Part shown: one piece after another, positions 1 through 10,112 of the stretch
How positions within the stretch are numbered: the first letter of the stretch is position 1
How the letters are laid out: each line of letters starts with the position of its first letter
Assembly: GCA_050260455.1 (NCBI GenBank)
Contig: JBLNCF010000017.1
Coordinates: 639-64,638, forward strand
Length of the DNA stretch: 64,000 nt
Source: Bacillota bacterium
Lineage (GTDB): Bacteria; Patescibacteriota; Minisyncoccia; Phycocordibacterales; Phycocordibacteraceae
Reading direction: 5' to 3'
The notes under the pieces: generated by a model
What the model saw: only the letters and a program-made list of their open reading frames with translations
Databases searched by the model: none
What the model was told of the DNA's origin: nothing
Position numbers and translations under genes: made by a program

Positions 1-3
1 TAT

Positions 4-1809
4 GTGGCCGGTGGTGTAGGTCTCGCGGTGCTCGCTCTCGTTAACTCCCAGCTTATCTGGGGTCTCGTCGCATTGGTGGCACTCGGACTTTTCATCGAGT
101 CCATTATGAAAAAGCGCGGCGATGCCGATGACAGTGACTTCGATGGTGTGGCCGTCGTTTCTGGCGAGCGCATGATTGATGCACCAGATACTGAATCATC
201 CTCGCTTGCCGCTCCGCTGGTAACGCTTCTCATCTCGATCTTCTTCTTGATTGGGGGTTCCACCATCGGTAATGCACTCGTGACAGCATTCAATGCGAGC
301 GTGCTCGATGTCCGTCCGTCCTGGCAATCCACCTTTGATGTGGGTAGTCACACGTTTGCGACCTCGCCGATCTTCGGTTCAGGTCCAGGCACATTCGGTC
401 AGCAGTGGCTCAAGTTCCGTGACCAGTCCTTGAATAACACCATCTTCTGGAATATCGACTTCACGTCGGGCATCGGATACATTCCGACCTCGTTTGTGAC
501 GACCGGTGTCATTGGTGTTCTTGCCTGGCTCGCGTTCCTCGGTCTCTTCCTGTTCTTCGGTATTCGTGCGCTCTTGTTCCGCACCCCGTCGGATGCGTTC
601 ATGCGGTATGTCTCGCTTGCGTCGTTTACCGGCGCAGCGTACGTGCTCGTGCTCTCCATCCTTACGGTGCCGGGTCCTATGGTGCTCATGATTGGGTACC
701 TCATGCTCGGCGTCTTCATCTCGAGCTTGCGGTATGGCCGTGAACGCCGCGAGTTCGGCGTGATCTTCGCCCGGAGCCCGCGCATCGGCTTCGTCATTGT
801 GTTTGGTCTGACGCTTCTCTTGCTTGCGTCAGTCGTCGCAGCGTATGTGGTCGTCGAGCGTTATCTTGCAGATGTGTCGTACGCAAATGCCACGGTGAAG
901 TACGCTTCCGGTGATCTCGCCGGTGCTACTACCGCAGTGAATCGCTCAATCCTGTTCGCTCCTTCCGAGCGCGCATATCAGCTTGCTGCCGCTATCGGCA
1001 TCGGCCGTATGCGTCAGATTGTGGCGGATACCACGCTCGCGCCGTCGGACGCACAGCAGCAGTTCCAGGCCGCGCTTACGGGCGGCATTCAGGCGGGAGC
1101 TACTGCAACACGTCTCTGGCCAAAGAACTACCAGAACTGGGTGATGCTCGGCAATGTGTATGAGACGGTCGTGCCGCTCAATATTGAAGGTGCCTATGAG
1201 AATGCGAAAGCTGCGTTTGAGCAGGCAGAAACACTCTCACCGACCAATCCGACTCTGCCATTCACCATGGCACAGCTTGAGATCGCCAAGGGAAATGCAC
1301 AGGCAGCCGAGGATGATCTTGGAAAGGCCATCACGTTGAAGCGCGATTACACGCAGGCCATCTTCCTTCTCTCGCAGCTTCAGGCGCAGGAAGGGAAGGC
1401 CAAGGAGGCGCTCCAGGCAGCAGAGGCGGCAGCGTACTTTGCACCGAATGATCCAACTGTGCTCTTCCAGGTAGGTATCCTTCGTTCTGCGAACGGCAAT
1501 ACGGATGGTGCAATCGAAGCACTCTCAAAGGCAGTACAGATCAATCCGCAGTACGCGAACGCACACTACTTCCTTGGCGTCATGTACGCCATCAAGGGAC
1601 AGTACGACAAGGCGCTTACGGAGTTGTCCACGGTCGCTGCATACTCGCCGGAAAACGAGAAAGCAGTCGCGGACGACATTGCGGCTCTCAAGGCAGGCAA
1701 GAATCCGTTCCCGGCTTCACGCCTCGGTGCACTCGGCATCCCGCAGGCGAACATCAACGAGCCAGCGAACGCTTCCCCGAAGCCTGCAGCAGCCAGTACC
1801 ACGCAGTAA
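4..1809 (+). CDS. O-antigen ligase (Wzy_C)-like polytopic membrane protein with C-terminal TPR repeats; may be 5'-partial at window edge
   Basis: Long ORF. N-terminal ~270 aa multi-TM hydrophobic segments. C-terminal ~300 aa with repeated TPR-like 34-aa Ala/Leu/Tyr patterns (e.g. 'AHYFLGVMYAIKGQYDKAL'). Confidence 0.55.
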   Translation: MAGGVGLAVLALVNSQLIWGLVALVALGLFIESIMKKRGDADDSDFDGVAVVSGERMIDAPDTESSSLAAPLVTLLISIFFLIGGSTIGNALVTAFNASVLDVRPSWQSTFDVGSHTFATSPIFGSGPGTFGQQWLKFRDQSLNNTIFWNIDFTSGIGYIPTSFVTTGVIGVLAWLAFLGLFLFFGIRALLFRTPSDAFMRYVSLASFTGAAYVLVLSILTVPGPMVLMIGYLMLGVFISSLRYGRERREFGVIFARSPRIGFVIVFGLTLLLLASVVAAYVVVERYLADVSYANATVKYASGDLAGATTAVNRSILFAPSERAYQLAAAIGIGRMRQIVADTTLAPSDAQQQFQAALTGGIQAGATATRLWPKNYQNWVMLGNVYETVVPLNIEGAYENAKAAFEQAETLSPTNPTLPFTMAQLEIAKGNAQAAEDDLGKAITLKRDYTQAIFLLSQLQAQEGKAKEALQAAEAAAYFAPNDPTVLFQVGILRSANGNTDGAIEALSKAVQINPQYANAHYFLGVMYAIKGQYDKALTELSTVAAYSPENEKAVADDIAALKAGKNPFPASRLGALGIPQANINEPANASPKPAAASTTQ

Positions 1810-1832
1810 ATAAAGTGGTAAGCTAGCAAGTA

Positions 1833-3515
1833 ATGGTAAACAGGATACTGAAAACCTTAGTATCCCCGGTACGCGGCCTTCACCAGGCCGCGTACTTGCT
1901 TGCTTTCCTAACGCTTGCCTCGCAAGCACTCGCCCTCATACGCGATCGCCTGTTCGCAAGCCATTTCGGGGCAGGGGAGATACTCGATCTCTACTACGCG
2001 GCCTTCAAGGTGCCGGACGTGGTGTTCGCGCTCGTCGCCTCACTGGTCTCCGCCTATGTGCTTATCCCGCTTATTGCGAAGGCGGATCAAGAAGAATCCA
2101 AACGCTTGTTGTCTCATGCGGCATCGTTCCTGGTGATTGCGGGTGGACTGATCTGTATTGTGCTTGCGATCTTCGCACCGACGTTCCTCTTTGCTTTGTT
2201 CCCGACGTTCCGGCATTCAGTGCATGCAGGCGACTTTGTATTGCTTGCTCGACTGCTTCTCGTCCAACCCATCCTGCTCGGACTCTCGGGAATACTCACC
2301 AGCGTGACGCAGATTCATCGACGCTTTGCGCTCTTTGCTCTGTCACCGGTGCTCTATAACCTGGGCATCATCTTCGGTACGGTCGTGCTCTATCCGTATG
2401 TAGGACTTCCGGGTATCGGCGTGGGTGTGTTACTCGGTGCATTCTTGCATCTGGCCATTCATATCCCCGTGGTGTCACAGGCGGGGCTCTTACCACGACC
2501 AACGCTGCCGTCGCCATCCATCATCTGGTCTGTGATGAAGAGCTCTGTGCCACGTTCGCTCGCACTTGGTATGAGTTCGGTCATCACGCTTCTTCTGATC
2601 TCGCTTGCGTCGCGCACGAGCGAGGGAGGTGTGGCAGTGTATACGCTTGCGGGGAATCTTGAAGCTGTGCCGCTTTCTCTGGTAGGTGCGTCCTACGCGA
2701 CCGCCGCGTTTCCAGTGATGGCGGAACATATGGGAGCCAAGCGGGTGAAAGAATATACTGCAACGCTTGTGGCCGCTGCTCGCCACATCATCTTCTGGTC
2801 GGCGGTGATCACCGTGCTCGCCATTGTATTGCGGGCATATGTGGTGCGCATCATTCTGGGTGCCGGTGCGTTCGATTGGGATGATACCCGCCTCACAGCG
2901 GCAGTGCTCGCTATCCTCGTGGTTGGACTCATGGCGCAGGGACTCATCCTTCTGGCTGCGCGCGCCTTCTATGCCGCCCAGAAATCCTGGAACCCACTTC
3001 TGGTGCAGCTGGCTGACTGCGGTATCTCGGTGGTTTCCGCGTGGGGACTGGTACGTCTCGCCGAGACCTATCCTATGCTTCGGTACTTCATCGAGTCACT
3101 CTTCCGTGTCGGCGACGTGCCCGGTACGAACATCCTCTTCATCGCGCTTGGTGCGACCTTGGGACAGGTCATCATGGGAACGGTCGCGCTCGCAACCTTA
3201 CGCACCGTGGCACCCGGGGTCGCCGGTTCGCTTATACGTCCAGCACTCGAGGCGGCTGGGGCCGCCATTCTCGGTGGTGCAGCCAGCTACGGCGTGCTCT
3301 CGTTCATGGGAACGCTTGCCCCGCTGTCGCGTCTCCCAACTGTCTTCCTTGAGGGTACGGTTGCTGGTATGGTGGGCCTTGCTGTCGCGGCCGCTGTCCT
3401 CGCCGTCCTTGAGAATCAAGAGCTTAAGGATCTTGGGGATGCGCTCACCCGTCTGACGTCCTCGAAGGCGCTCCGTCCGCACGGGGCTCTCCTGGACGAT
3501 CGTGCTGATACCTAG
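1833..3515 (+). CDS. murJ: Lipid II flippase MurJ/MviN
   Basis: 560-aa polytopic membrane protein. N-terminus 'RDRLFASHFGAGEILDLYYAAFKVPD' is the canonical MurJ signature. Confidence 0.9.
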   Translation: MVNRILKTLVSPVRGLHQAAYLLAFLTLASQALALIRDRLFASHFGAGEILDLYYAAFKVPDVVFALVASLVSAYVLIPLIAKADQEESKRLLSHAASFLVIAGGLICIVLAIFAPTFLFALFPTFRHSVHAGDFVLLARLLLVQPILLGLSGILTSVTQIHRRFALFALSPVLYNLGIIFGTVVLYPYVGLPGIGVGVLLGAFLHLAIHIPVVSQAGLLPRPTLPSPSIIWSVMKSSVPRSLALGMSSVITLLLISLASRTSEGGVAVYTLAGNLEAVPLSLVGASYATAAFPVMAEHMGAKRVKEYTATLVAAARHIIFWSAVITVLAIVLRAYVVRIILGAGAFDWDDTRLTAAVLAILVVGLMAQGLILLAARAFYAAQKSWNPLLVQLADCGISVVSAWGLVRLAETYPMLRYFIESLFRVGDVPGTNILFIALGATLGQVIMGTVALATLRTVAPGVAGSLIRPALEAAGAAILGGAASYGVLSFMGTLAPLSRLPTVFLEGTVAGMVGLAVAAAVLAVLENQELKDLGDALTRLTSSKALRPHGALLDDRADT

Positions 3516-3518
3516 TGC

Positions 3519-5309
3519 ATGAATATCCGTAACTTCTCAATCATCGCCCATATTGATCACGGCAAGTCGACTCTCGCGGACCGGCTTCTTGAGCGCACCG
3601 GTACGATTGAAGCGCGCAAGATGCGCGATCAGGTGCTCGACAAGATGGATCTTGAACGCGAGCGCGGCATCACTATTAAGATGCAGCCGGCACGCATGGA
3701 ATACCGAGCCAACGATGGACAGACGTATGTTCTTAATCTCATCGATACACCGGGACACATCGACTTCGCATACGAGGTCTCCCGTGCACTCTCGGCGGTG
3801 GAAGGTGTCATCCTCCTCGTCGACTCCACCCAGGGCGTGCAGGCACAAACACTCACCACGCTTGGCATGGCGCAGAAGGCGGGTTGTGTCATCATTCCGG
3901 TGCTTTCGAAAATCGATGCACCCGCTGCGCGTGTGGAAGAGGTGAAGACAGAGCTTGCGGCACTTCTGGATATTGAAGAGGATACCGTCCTGGCAGTGTC
4001 CGGCCGCACCGGTGAAGGGGTTGAGGCTCTCCTTGAAGCCATTATTGAGCGTGTTCCGAGTCCTCGGGCAAGTGAGGCAAACGAACCGCGTGCGCTTATC
4101 TTCGACTTCTCATATTCCACCCACCGCGGTATCGCCGTCTACGTTCGCGTGTTTGATGGTCAGGTAAAAAAGGGTGATACGCTCGCGTTTGCGTCTGCTG
4201 GAAAGAAATTCGTCGCGCTTGAAACTGGCATCTTTATGCCGGATGAGAAGCCGACCGCATCGCTTTCCGCAGGCGAGATCGGATATGTGGTAACCGGTAT
4301 TAAGGAGGCGGGTGTGGTGGCCGTGGGCGATACGGTAGGTATGGATAAAGGAAAGCTACCGGCACTGGGAGGATTCGACCGACCACGCCCGGTGGTGTGG
4401 GCCTCTATCTATCCAGAAAGCCAGGACGACCTTACCGAGCTTCGCCAGGCGCTCGAACGTCTTCGCCTGTCCGACTCCTCACTTTCGTTTGAAGAAGAGT
4501 CTTCAGGTGTACTCGGTCGGGGTTTCCGTTGCGGTTTTCTTGGCATGCTTCATCTTGAAATCATTACTGAACGTTTGAAGCGAGAATTCGATCTCACGCT
4601 CATCGTCACTATTCCGACCATCGCGTATATCGTCACCGATATAAAAGGGAAGCGCGAAACCATCTACACCGCTTCCAAGTTTCCCGCGTTTGGAGACATT
4701 GCGACGATTGAAGAGCCGTGGGTGAAGGTGGTCCTCATCACCCCACCAGAATCATTGTCGGGACTTCTGCAGGCCTTCCATGATCACGAGGGAGCCGTTA
4801 TGGCCACTGAAACGCATTTGGATGGTCGCATTGAGCTTACGGTTGAGATGCCGCTTCGGGAACTTATGCGTGGTTTCTTCGACAAGGTAAAGAACATCTC
4901 ATCGGGCTATGCCTCACTCTCATATGAGTTTCTTGAGAACCGTGTCGCCGACGTGGTGAAGCTTGAGATCTATGTAGCCGAGGAACCGGTCCCTGCGTTT
5001 GCTCGCGTTGTCTCGCGCCGCCGGGTACAGGAAGAAGGAGAGCGCATGGTGGAGAAGCTTCAGGAAATCCTGCCTCGCCAGCTCTTTGTGGTGAAGATCC
5101 AGGCACATGCCCTGGGACGCATCATTGCCTCACGTAGTATCTCCGCGCTTCGCAAGGATGTGACCGGGTATCTGTATGGAGGCGACATCACCCGCAAGAT
5201 GAAACTGCGTGAGAAGCAGAAGAAGGGTAAGAAGCGCCGTGGCGAGCATGCCAATATGGAAATCCCGCAGGAGGTGTTCATGAAGATGGTTCAGGATAGC
5301 GAGCGCTAA
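3519..5309 (+). CDS. lepA: Elongation factor 4 (LepA)
   Basis: 'NFSIIAHIDHGKSTLADRLL' G-domain plus LepA-specific C-terminal domain; 596 aa. Confidence 0.95.
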   Translation: MNIRNFSIIAHIDHGKSTLADRLLERTGTIEARKMRDQVLDKMDLERERGITIKMQPARMEYRANDGQTYVLNLIDTPGHIDFAYEVSRALSAVEGVILLVDSTQGVQAQTLTTLGMAQKAGCVIIPVLSKIDAPAARVEEVKTELAALLDIEEDTVLAVSGRTGEGVEALLEAIIERVPSPRASEANEPRALIFDFSYSTHRGIAVYVRVFDGQVKKGDTLAFASAGKKFVALETGIFMPDEKPTASLSAGEIGYVVTGIKEAGVVAVGDTVGMDKGKLPALGGFDRPRPVVWASIYPESQDDLTELRQALERLRLSDSSLSFEEESSGVLGRGFRCGFLGMLHLEIITERLKREFDLTLIVTIPTIAYIVTDIKGKRETIYTASKFPAFGDIATIEEPWVKVVLITPPESLSGLLQAFHDHEGAVMATETHLDGRIELTVEMPLRELMRGFFDKVKNISSGYASLSYEFLENRVADVVKLEIYVAEEPVPAFARVVSRRRVQEEGERMVEKLQEILPRQLFVVKIQAHALGRIIASRSISALRKDVTGYLYGGDITRKMKLREKQKKGKKRRGEHANMEIPQEVFMKMVQDSER

Positions 5310-5329
5310 GCGGTTGCTATACTCTACCC

Positions 5330-5686
5330 ATGCCGCGACGCGTCAGCAGCCGAAGGATGGGGGAGTACATAGTGGCCGGCTTGCTGGCCCTACTCGTGCT
5401 CTGGCTTCTCTGGCTCCTGTTCGGGATTGTCCGAAAAGAAGAGATTGCGCGTCATGCCGTTGCCGATACTAAGGCCGATTTGGCGTCGCTTGAGGAGCGT
5501 CAGACAACGCTGAATCAGAACCTCGCCGAGCTCAATACACAGCGGGGCCAGGAAGCTACCCTACGCGACACCTACGGCGTTGCGAAGCCGGGTGAAGGGG
5601 TTATCATCGTCGTACCACCCAAAGAGGCCACCACCACGCCCAAGCTGCCGTGGTGGAAGAAACTCTTCGGAAGGTTCACGTTCTGA
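5330..5686 (+). CDS. FtsB/DivIC-like septum formation initiator (membrane-anchored coiled-coil protein); true start possibly Met at 5357
   Basis: Single N-terminal TM, coiled-coil region, C-terminal 'YGVAKPGEGVIIV' resembling the FtsB conserved motif. Confidence 0.4.
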   Translation: MPRRVSSRRMGEYIVAGLLALLVLWLLWLLFGIVRKEEIARHAVADTKADLASLEERQTTLNQNLAELNTQRGQEATLRDTYGVAKPGEGVIIVVPPKEATTTPKLPWWKKLFGRFTF

Positions 5687-5687
5687 A

Positions 5688-5760
5688 GCGGAATTAGTTT
5701 AGTGGTAGAACGGTTGCTTCCCAAGCAACAAGTACGGGTTCGATTCCCGTATTCCGCACC
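5688..5760 (+). tRNA. tRNA-Gly (anticodon CCC)
   Basis: Cloverleaf: acceptor gcggaat/attccgc, anticodon loop ttCCCaa, T-loop ttcgatt. Confidence 0.85.
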
Positions 5761-6291
5761 ATGAAGAAGATCGTCGTCGCTTCGCACAATCCCGTGAAGG
5801 TGGATTCAGCTCGTATGGCATTCGAGCAGATGTTTCCCGATGAAACATTTGAGATCGAGGGGGTGTCGGTTCCATCAGGTGTCTCGGATCAGCCCATGAC
5901 TGATACAGAAACCTTCGAGGGGGCACGCAATCGGCTCGAGGTCATCCAGAAAGAACGACCAAACGCAGACCACTGGGTCTCGTTTGAAGGAGGTGTCGAA
6001 GATAAGGACGGAGAAATGGAGGCGTTCGCCTGGGTGCTTGCCGCTGATACTTCCGGTCGTATCGGTAAGGGACGGACCGCGACTTTTATTCTGCCTCAAG
6101 CGATTGCCGAACTCATTCGCTCCGGCACGGAACTCGGTGAGGCGAGTGACATCGTGTTCAACGAAGAAAATTCAAAACAAAAGAGTGCCACGGTCGGGAT
6201 TCTTACTGACGACCTCATTACCCGCAGGGCATATTACGTGCATGCAGCGATTCTGGCGCTGATACCGTTTAAGAACTCGAATCTCTACTGA
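5761..6291 (+). CDS. yjjX: Inosine/xanthosine triphosphatase (non-canonical purine NTPase, YjjX family)
   Basis: Colinear similarity to E. coli YjjX ('VVASHNPVKVDSARMAF...GARNR...AILALIPF'). Confidence 0.8.
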   Translation: MKKIVVASHNPVKVDSARMAFEQMFPDETFEIEGVSVPSGVSDQPMTDTETFEGARNRLEVIQKERPNADHWVSFEGGVEDKDGEMEAFAWVLAADTSGRIGKGRTATFILPQAIAELIRSGTELGEASDIVFNEENSKQKSATVGILTDDLITRRAYYVHAAILALIPFKNSNLY

Positions 6292-6300
6292 TTTGCTTTC

Positions 6301-6825
6301 ATGAGGATCAGCATCATCGGCCACAGCGGAAGCGGGAAGACCACACTTGCCGAGAAGATCTCCCAGAAGTTTGAGATACCGCACCTTCACTTGGATCGTC
6401 TCTGGTTTGAAGCTGGAGGGCACCTCCTTGCTCCAGGTGAAGAAGGATCAGAAAAGGACAGGGTGCGCGATTATATCCAAGAGAAAGTACGCAAATTCAT
6501 CGTCCAAGAGAACTGGGTCTCTGATGGTCTCTATTCTCGAGTCCAGGCCGACATTGCCACGCGAGCAGATGCGGTGGTCTTTATCGATATTCCACTCTGG
6601 CGCAGGCTACTCAATCACGCGTATCGCATCTGGTTCACCGAGCGACACCCTGAACTCAGTCTCAAAGGTGAACTAGCCTTCTTTCCAGATATGGTGCGTC
6701 GTAATCGGGTCCATGAGCCCAAGTTGCAAGCCGTAGTTGCTCAATTTAAGGATAAAATCGTGCACCTCCGGTCGTATAAGGAGGTGGAGCAATATTTCGC
6801 TGACTTATCCACAGAACCATTGTGA
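6301..6825 (+). CDS. P-loop NTPase, adenylate-kinase-like / topology-modulation (FlaR-like) family
   Basis: Walker A 'IIGHSGSGKTTLA' at the N-terminus; size and layout of AAA_33/FlaR-type small kinases. Confidence 0.5.
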   Translation: MRISIIGHSGSGKTTLAEKISQKFEIPHLHLDRLWFEAGGHLLAPGEEGSEKDRVRDYIQEKVRKFIVQENWVSDGLYSRVQADIATRADAVVFIDIPLWRRLLNHAYRIWFTERHPELSLKGELAFFPDMVRRNRVHEPKLQAVVAQFKDKIVHLRSYKEVEQYFADLSTEPL

Positions 6826-6853
6826 TATAATCCGACCACAATAATTCACGCAT

Positions 6854-7111
6854 ATGGATCAGAAGCCAGTCAGCATTTACACCACCCCGACCTGCCATTT
6901 CTGCCAGATGAGCAAAGAGCTCTTCAAGGCTAACGGTATCGAGTACACGGAATACAACGTGGCTGCGGATACCGAGAAGCGCCAGGAAATGATCGAGAAG
7001 AGCGGTCAGATGGGCGTTCCGGTCATCTTCATCGGTGACGACATGATCATTGGCTTCGATAAGAAGCGCATTGACGCAGCTCTCGGTCTCGGAGAGGCAC
7101 CGGCAGCGTAA
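6854..7111 (+). CDS. Glutaredoxin-like protein (NrdH/Grx family)
   Basis: 85 aa; 'CHFC' CxxC active site near the N-terminus; 'GVPVIFIGDDMIIGFD' thioredoxin-fold motif. Confidence 0.75.
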   Translation: MDQKPVSIYTTPTCHFCQMSKELFKANGIEYTEYNVAADTEKRQEMIEKSGQMGVPVIFIGDDMIIGFDKKRIDAALGLGEAPAA

Positions 7112-7123
7112 AGAACTACCCAC

Positions 7124-7157
7124 AAAACCCGCCGCTCTCGAAGCGGCGGGTTTTGTG
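7124..7157 (+). terminator. Rho-independent terminator after glutaredoxin gene
   Basis: GC hairpin 'cccgccgct-ctcgaa-gcggcggg' followed by 'ttttgtg'. Confidence 0.6.
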
Positions 7158-7192
7158 CTAGGCTCGAGAAATCGAGAGAATCCTCTCGCATG

Positions 7193-7267
7193 GCCCTTGT
7201 AGTTCAATGGATAGAACATCTCACTCCTAACGAGACGATGTAGGTTCGATTCCTACCGAGGGCACCA
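7193..7267 (+). tRNA. tRNA-Arg (anticodon CCT)
   Basis: Acceptor gcccttg/cgagggc, T-arm gtagg-ttcgatt-cctac, anticodon loop cTCCTaa, 3' CCA encoded; one A-C mismatch in the anticodon stem. Confidence 0.7.
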
Positions 7268-7281
7268 ATACGTTATACTCA

Positions 7282-7629
7282 ATGCATATGGAACTGAATC
7301 CTCCGACCGGTTCGGGCGGCATACCCTACGGACATCTTGAGAGTCTCCTGAAAGAGAATCTCGAGCTCGCAAAACAGAACAATCGAATCCTGCGACGCAT
7401 GGAACGCAATGCGTTTATTGGTCTTATCGTGAAGATTGTCATCTGGCTCCTCGTTCTTGGCGTGCCGATCTTCTTCTTGAGCTCGTATCTTACGCCACTT
7501 ATGGCTGCGCTCCAGCAGCAGGGTAACGGAACCTCAACGGTGCCGGCAGGTGTTTTTGGCCTTCCGTCCGCAGCACAATTCCAGCAGGTGCTCGACGAAT
7601 ATAAAATGACCCAACAGATCAAGCAGTAG
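7282..7629 (+). CDS. Hypothetical small membrane protein
   Basis: 115-aa ORF with a central TM segment ('IVKIVIWLLVLGVPIFF'); no recognisable domain. Confidence 0.4.
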   Translation: MHMELNPPTGSGGIPYGHLESLLKENLELAKQNNRILRRMERNAFIGLIVKIVIWLLVLGVPIFFLSSYLTPLMAALQQQGNGTSTVPAGVFGLPSAAQFQQVLDEYKMTQQIKQ

Positions 7630-7688
7630 AGAGCTTGGTAAAAGCGGCCTTTGAAAAAAGGCCCCTTTTACGCTACACTCTGCCTACC

Positions 7689-7763
7689 GCTTGGGTAGCT
7701 CAGTTGGTAGAGCATTCGCCTGAAGAGCGAAGGGTCGGCGGTTCGAACCCGCCCCCAAGCACC
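7689..7763 (+). tRNA. tRNA-Phe (anticodon GAA)
   Basis: Acceptor gcttggg/cccaagc, D-loop agttggtag, anticodon arm ttcgc-ctGAAga-gcgaa, T-loop ttcgaac. ORF-track ORF 7635.. reads through it. Confidence 0.9.
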
Positions 7764-7766
7764 TGC

Positions 7767-8849
7767 ATGGATTCGTTCAAACGCCTTCTCGCCTGGGCGC
7801 AGCGCAATGAACGGCATTTAGGAGCGATCCTCTTTGTATTCGGTTTTGTTACCGATCTCTTCACGTTCGCATTCCTATCACCGTCCGTCGCAAATCTGGC
7901 CTTCATAGGCTACCTCTTGCTTGCCGCGTTCTGCACATTCGTAAGCTATGTCTATCCGGCCGGTTCAGGAAAGAGAATATGGATACGCGCGTTTTCAGTA
8001 ATTGCTCCGCTTGGAGCACAGTACGCCATCGGTAGCCTCCTATCGGGCTTTCTCATTTTCTACACTAAAAGTGCGGCTGTCATTGTGTCGTGGCCATTCC
8101 TTGTACTCCTTGCTGCGGTATTTATCGGCAACGAATATTTCCGTACGTACTACAAACATCTAGCGTTTCAGCTAGTGCTCTTCTTCTTTGCGCTGTATGC
8201 GTACTCCATTTTCGCTCTTCCCATCCTTCTGCAACGGCTTGGCCCTATCATCTTTCTTTCTTCGACCGCGATAAGTGGCGTGGTCTTCAGCTCCTTTCTC
8301 CTGCTTATCTCAAGGATTCGTCGATCCGGTTTCGCTCGAACCCTGCGATATGTCATCCCGGCAACGGGTATGGTGATTGCGCTCATGACGGTAAGTTATT
8401 TCACCGGCCTCATTCCTCCTATCCCGCTCTCGCTTGCGGCCGGTGGTGTCTACCACTCGATTGAACACCGTGATGGTGCATACGTCGTTACCGCAGAAGC
8501 GCCCAAACCATGGTGGGATCCACGCCCAGAAGTTGTGCATCATGTGTCGGGGACGCCATTGTATGCCTTTAGTTCAGTCACGGCGCCATTCTCTTTCGAT
8601 GCATCGGTGGTGCATGTATGGGAACGATATGATCCCACGCAGAAAAGGTGGGTCGAACGCACACGCGTAGCGTTTCTCATCACTGGCGGGCGTGATGGCG
8701 GATATCGCGGCTATTCAGAAGTACTGAATCCTGAAGCAGGGAAATGGCGGATCAGTATTGAAACCACGGGAGGTCAGGTTATCGGTCGCATCTACGTCAC
8801 GGTTGTCGAAAGCGAAACTCCTCCCGCAGTACGAGAGGAGTTTCGGTAG
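7767..8849 (+). CDS. Hypothetical polytopic membrane protein with C-terminal soluble domain
   Basis: ORF 7635..8849 trimmed to the first ATG after tRNA-Phe ('MDSFKRLLAWAQ'); about 7 TM helices then ~120-aa beta-rich C-terminal domain. Confidence 0.5.
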   Translation: MDSFKRLLAWAQRNERHLGAILFVFGFVTDLFTFAFLSPSVANLAFIGYLLLAAFCTFVSYVYPAGSGKRIWIRAFSVIAPLGAQYAIGSLLSGFLIFYTKSAAVIVSWPFLVLLAAVFIGNEYFRTYYKHLAFQLVLFFFALYAYSIFALPILLQRLGPIIFLSSTAISGVVFSSFLLLISRIRRSGFARTLRYVIPATGMVIALMTVSYFTGLIPPIPLSLAAGGVYHSIEHRDGAYVVTAEAPKPWWDPRPEVVHHVSGTPLYAFSSVTAPFSFDASVVHVWERYDPTQKRWVERTRVAFLITGGRDGGYRGYSEVLNPEAGKWRISIETTGGQVIGRIYVTVVESETPPAVREEFR

Positions 8850-8864
8850 GAGAGGGTCTGGAGG

Positions 8865-9368
8865 CTAGCCTGCCTTCACGCGAAGCTTGGTCTGACGGCT
8901 CTTATCGAGCTTGGGCATCACGATGGTGAGCAATCCGTCCTTTGCGGTCGCGGTGGAGGCATCTACATCGATTTCCTGTGGGAGGAGCACGGTGCGTGCA
9001 AATGAGCCCCAGAAGAGTTCCTGGCTGAAGTAATCCGGACCAGTTACCTGATCACGCTCTTCGCGGGAGCCTTGAAGCTCCACCATGTCACGGCTTATCG
9101 AAACATTAAGCTCGTCAGGACGAACACCGGCAACAAATGCACGGATGACGATTTCGTTCGGAGTCTGATACACATCAACCGGAAGCTCGCCTTCTGCTGC
9201 GGGTTCATCATGTGTGATGTGGATGGGTTCCGGTGCGACCGGAGCATTCGGTACCATTTTGCGTACGGGCGCAGCCGGTGTCATGAGATCATCGTCAAAT
9301 GCATCGTAATCATCGGCGGGGAGGGCGCCGGCGAGTCGATCGAAGAAGGAGCGTTTCTTGGGAGGCAT
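8865..9368 (-). CDS. Small heat-shock protein, Hsp20/alpha-crystallin family
   Basis: Alpha-crystallin domain pattern ('VDVYQTPNEIVIRAFVAGVRPDELNVSI...GLLTIVMPK'). Confidence 0.85.
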   Translation of the reverse strand: MPPKKRSFFDRLAGALPADDYDAFDDDLMTPAAPVRKMVPNAPVAPEPIHITHDEPAAEGELPVDVYQTPNEIVIRAFVAGVRPDELNVSISRDMVELQGSREERDQVTGPDYFSQELFWGSFARTVLLPQEIDVDASTATAKDGLLTIVMPKLDKSRQTKLRVKAG

Positions 9369-9371
9369 AGG

Positions 9372-10097
9372 CTAGCAAGTATTTTTTGGTAAATGACGAT
9401 ACCGGAAGTATTTCAGTATCTCGAAGAGGGCAAGGAAGATGACGGCACCGCTCCATACGATGGAGAACGCCGTAAGCGTATGAGCGCCATCTCGCATGAT
9501 TATAAGGAAGTTGAAAACCGCGTGCAATCCGATCGCAAGGATAAGTCCGATCGCTGCAAACAGGGTGCGCATCGTGCGGTTAAGCTTTAGTGAAAACGCG
9601 AGAGCGAAACCAATTGCAGACGAGGAGATGACGTGCACGAGAGTGGAACCAATAAAGCGGAGATTCTCGGTAGCGATGCCCGCTGCGAGATGACCGTGTG
9701 CTAGAGGCTGCACTAGGAAGAGCATGTTCTCGACAGCGGCGAATCCGAGTGCAACCGTAATCATATACACCACGAGGTCGACCGATTCGTTTACCCATCT
9801 GCGCCAGAGTACGATGATGGCAGCGAGCGCATATTTAGCGATTTCCTCAATGGCTGCCCAGGCGGTAATAACGAGGGCACCGGGCGCAGGTTCGGTCGCG
9901 GGGAGCATGATGATCGCAAGGTGTTCAACCGGGAGGACGAGCGGGACTGCAAGCATGCCTGCGAAGAGGGCGAGCACAATCATGTGCTTAGGTTCCGGGC
10001 ATCGGGAATCTTCCTGGAGAAGGAAATACAGCCACACGAGCGCAGGCAGGAATCCTCCAAGGAAGGAGTACCCAAGGGTGGCGATCGAGAAAGGCAT
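9372..10097 (-). CDS. PrsW-family intramembrane glutamic protease
   Basis: Polytopic; conserved 'EEIAKY' (EExxK) and 'FAAVEN' motifs typical of the PrsW/CPBP fold. Confidence 0.65.
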   Translation of the reverse strand: MPFSIATLGYSFLGGFLPALVWLYFLLQEDSRCPEPKHMIVLALFAGMLAVPLVLPVEHLAIIMLPATEPAPGALVITAWAAIEEIAKYALAAIIVLWRRWVNESVDLVVYMITVALGFAAVENMLFLVQPLAHGHLAAGIATENLRFIGSTLVHVISSSAIGFALAFSLKLNRTMRTLFAAIGLILAIGLHAVFNFLIIMRDGAHTLTAFSIVWSGAVIFLALFEILKYFRYRHLPKNTC

Positions 10098-10112
10098 TAG
10101 CCTTATTTTACC

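Noticed and set aside
7635-7766. 5' extension of ORF 7635..8849
   Set aside because: Reads straight through tRNA-Phe (7689..7763); real CDS starts at the first ATG after the tRNA.
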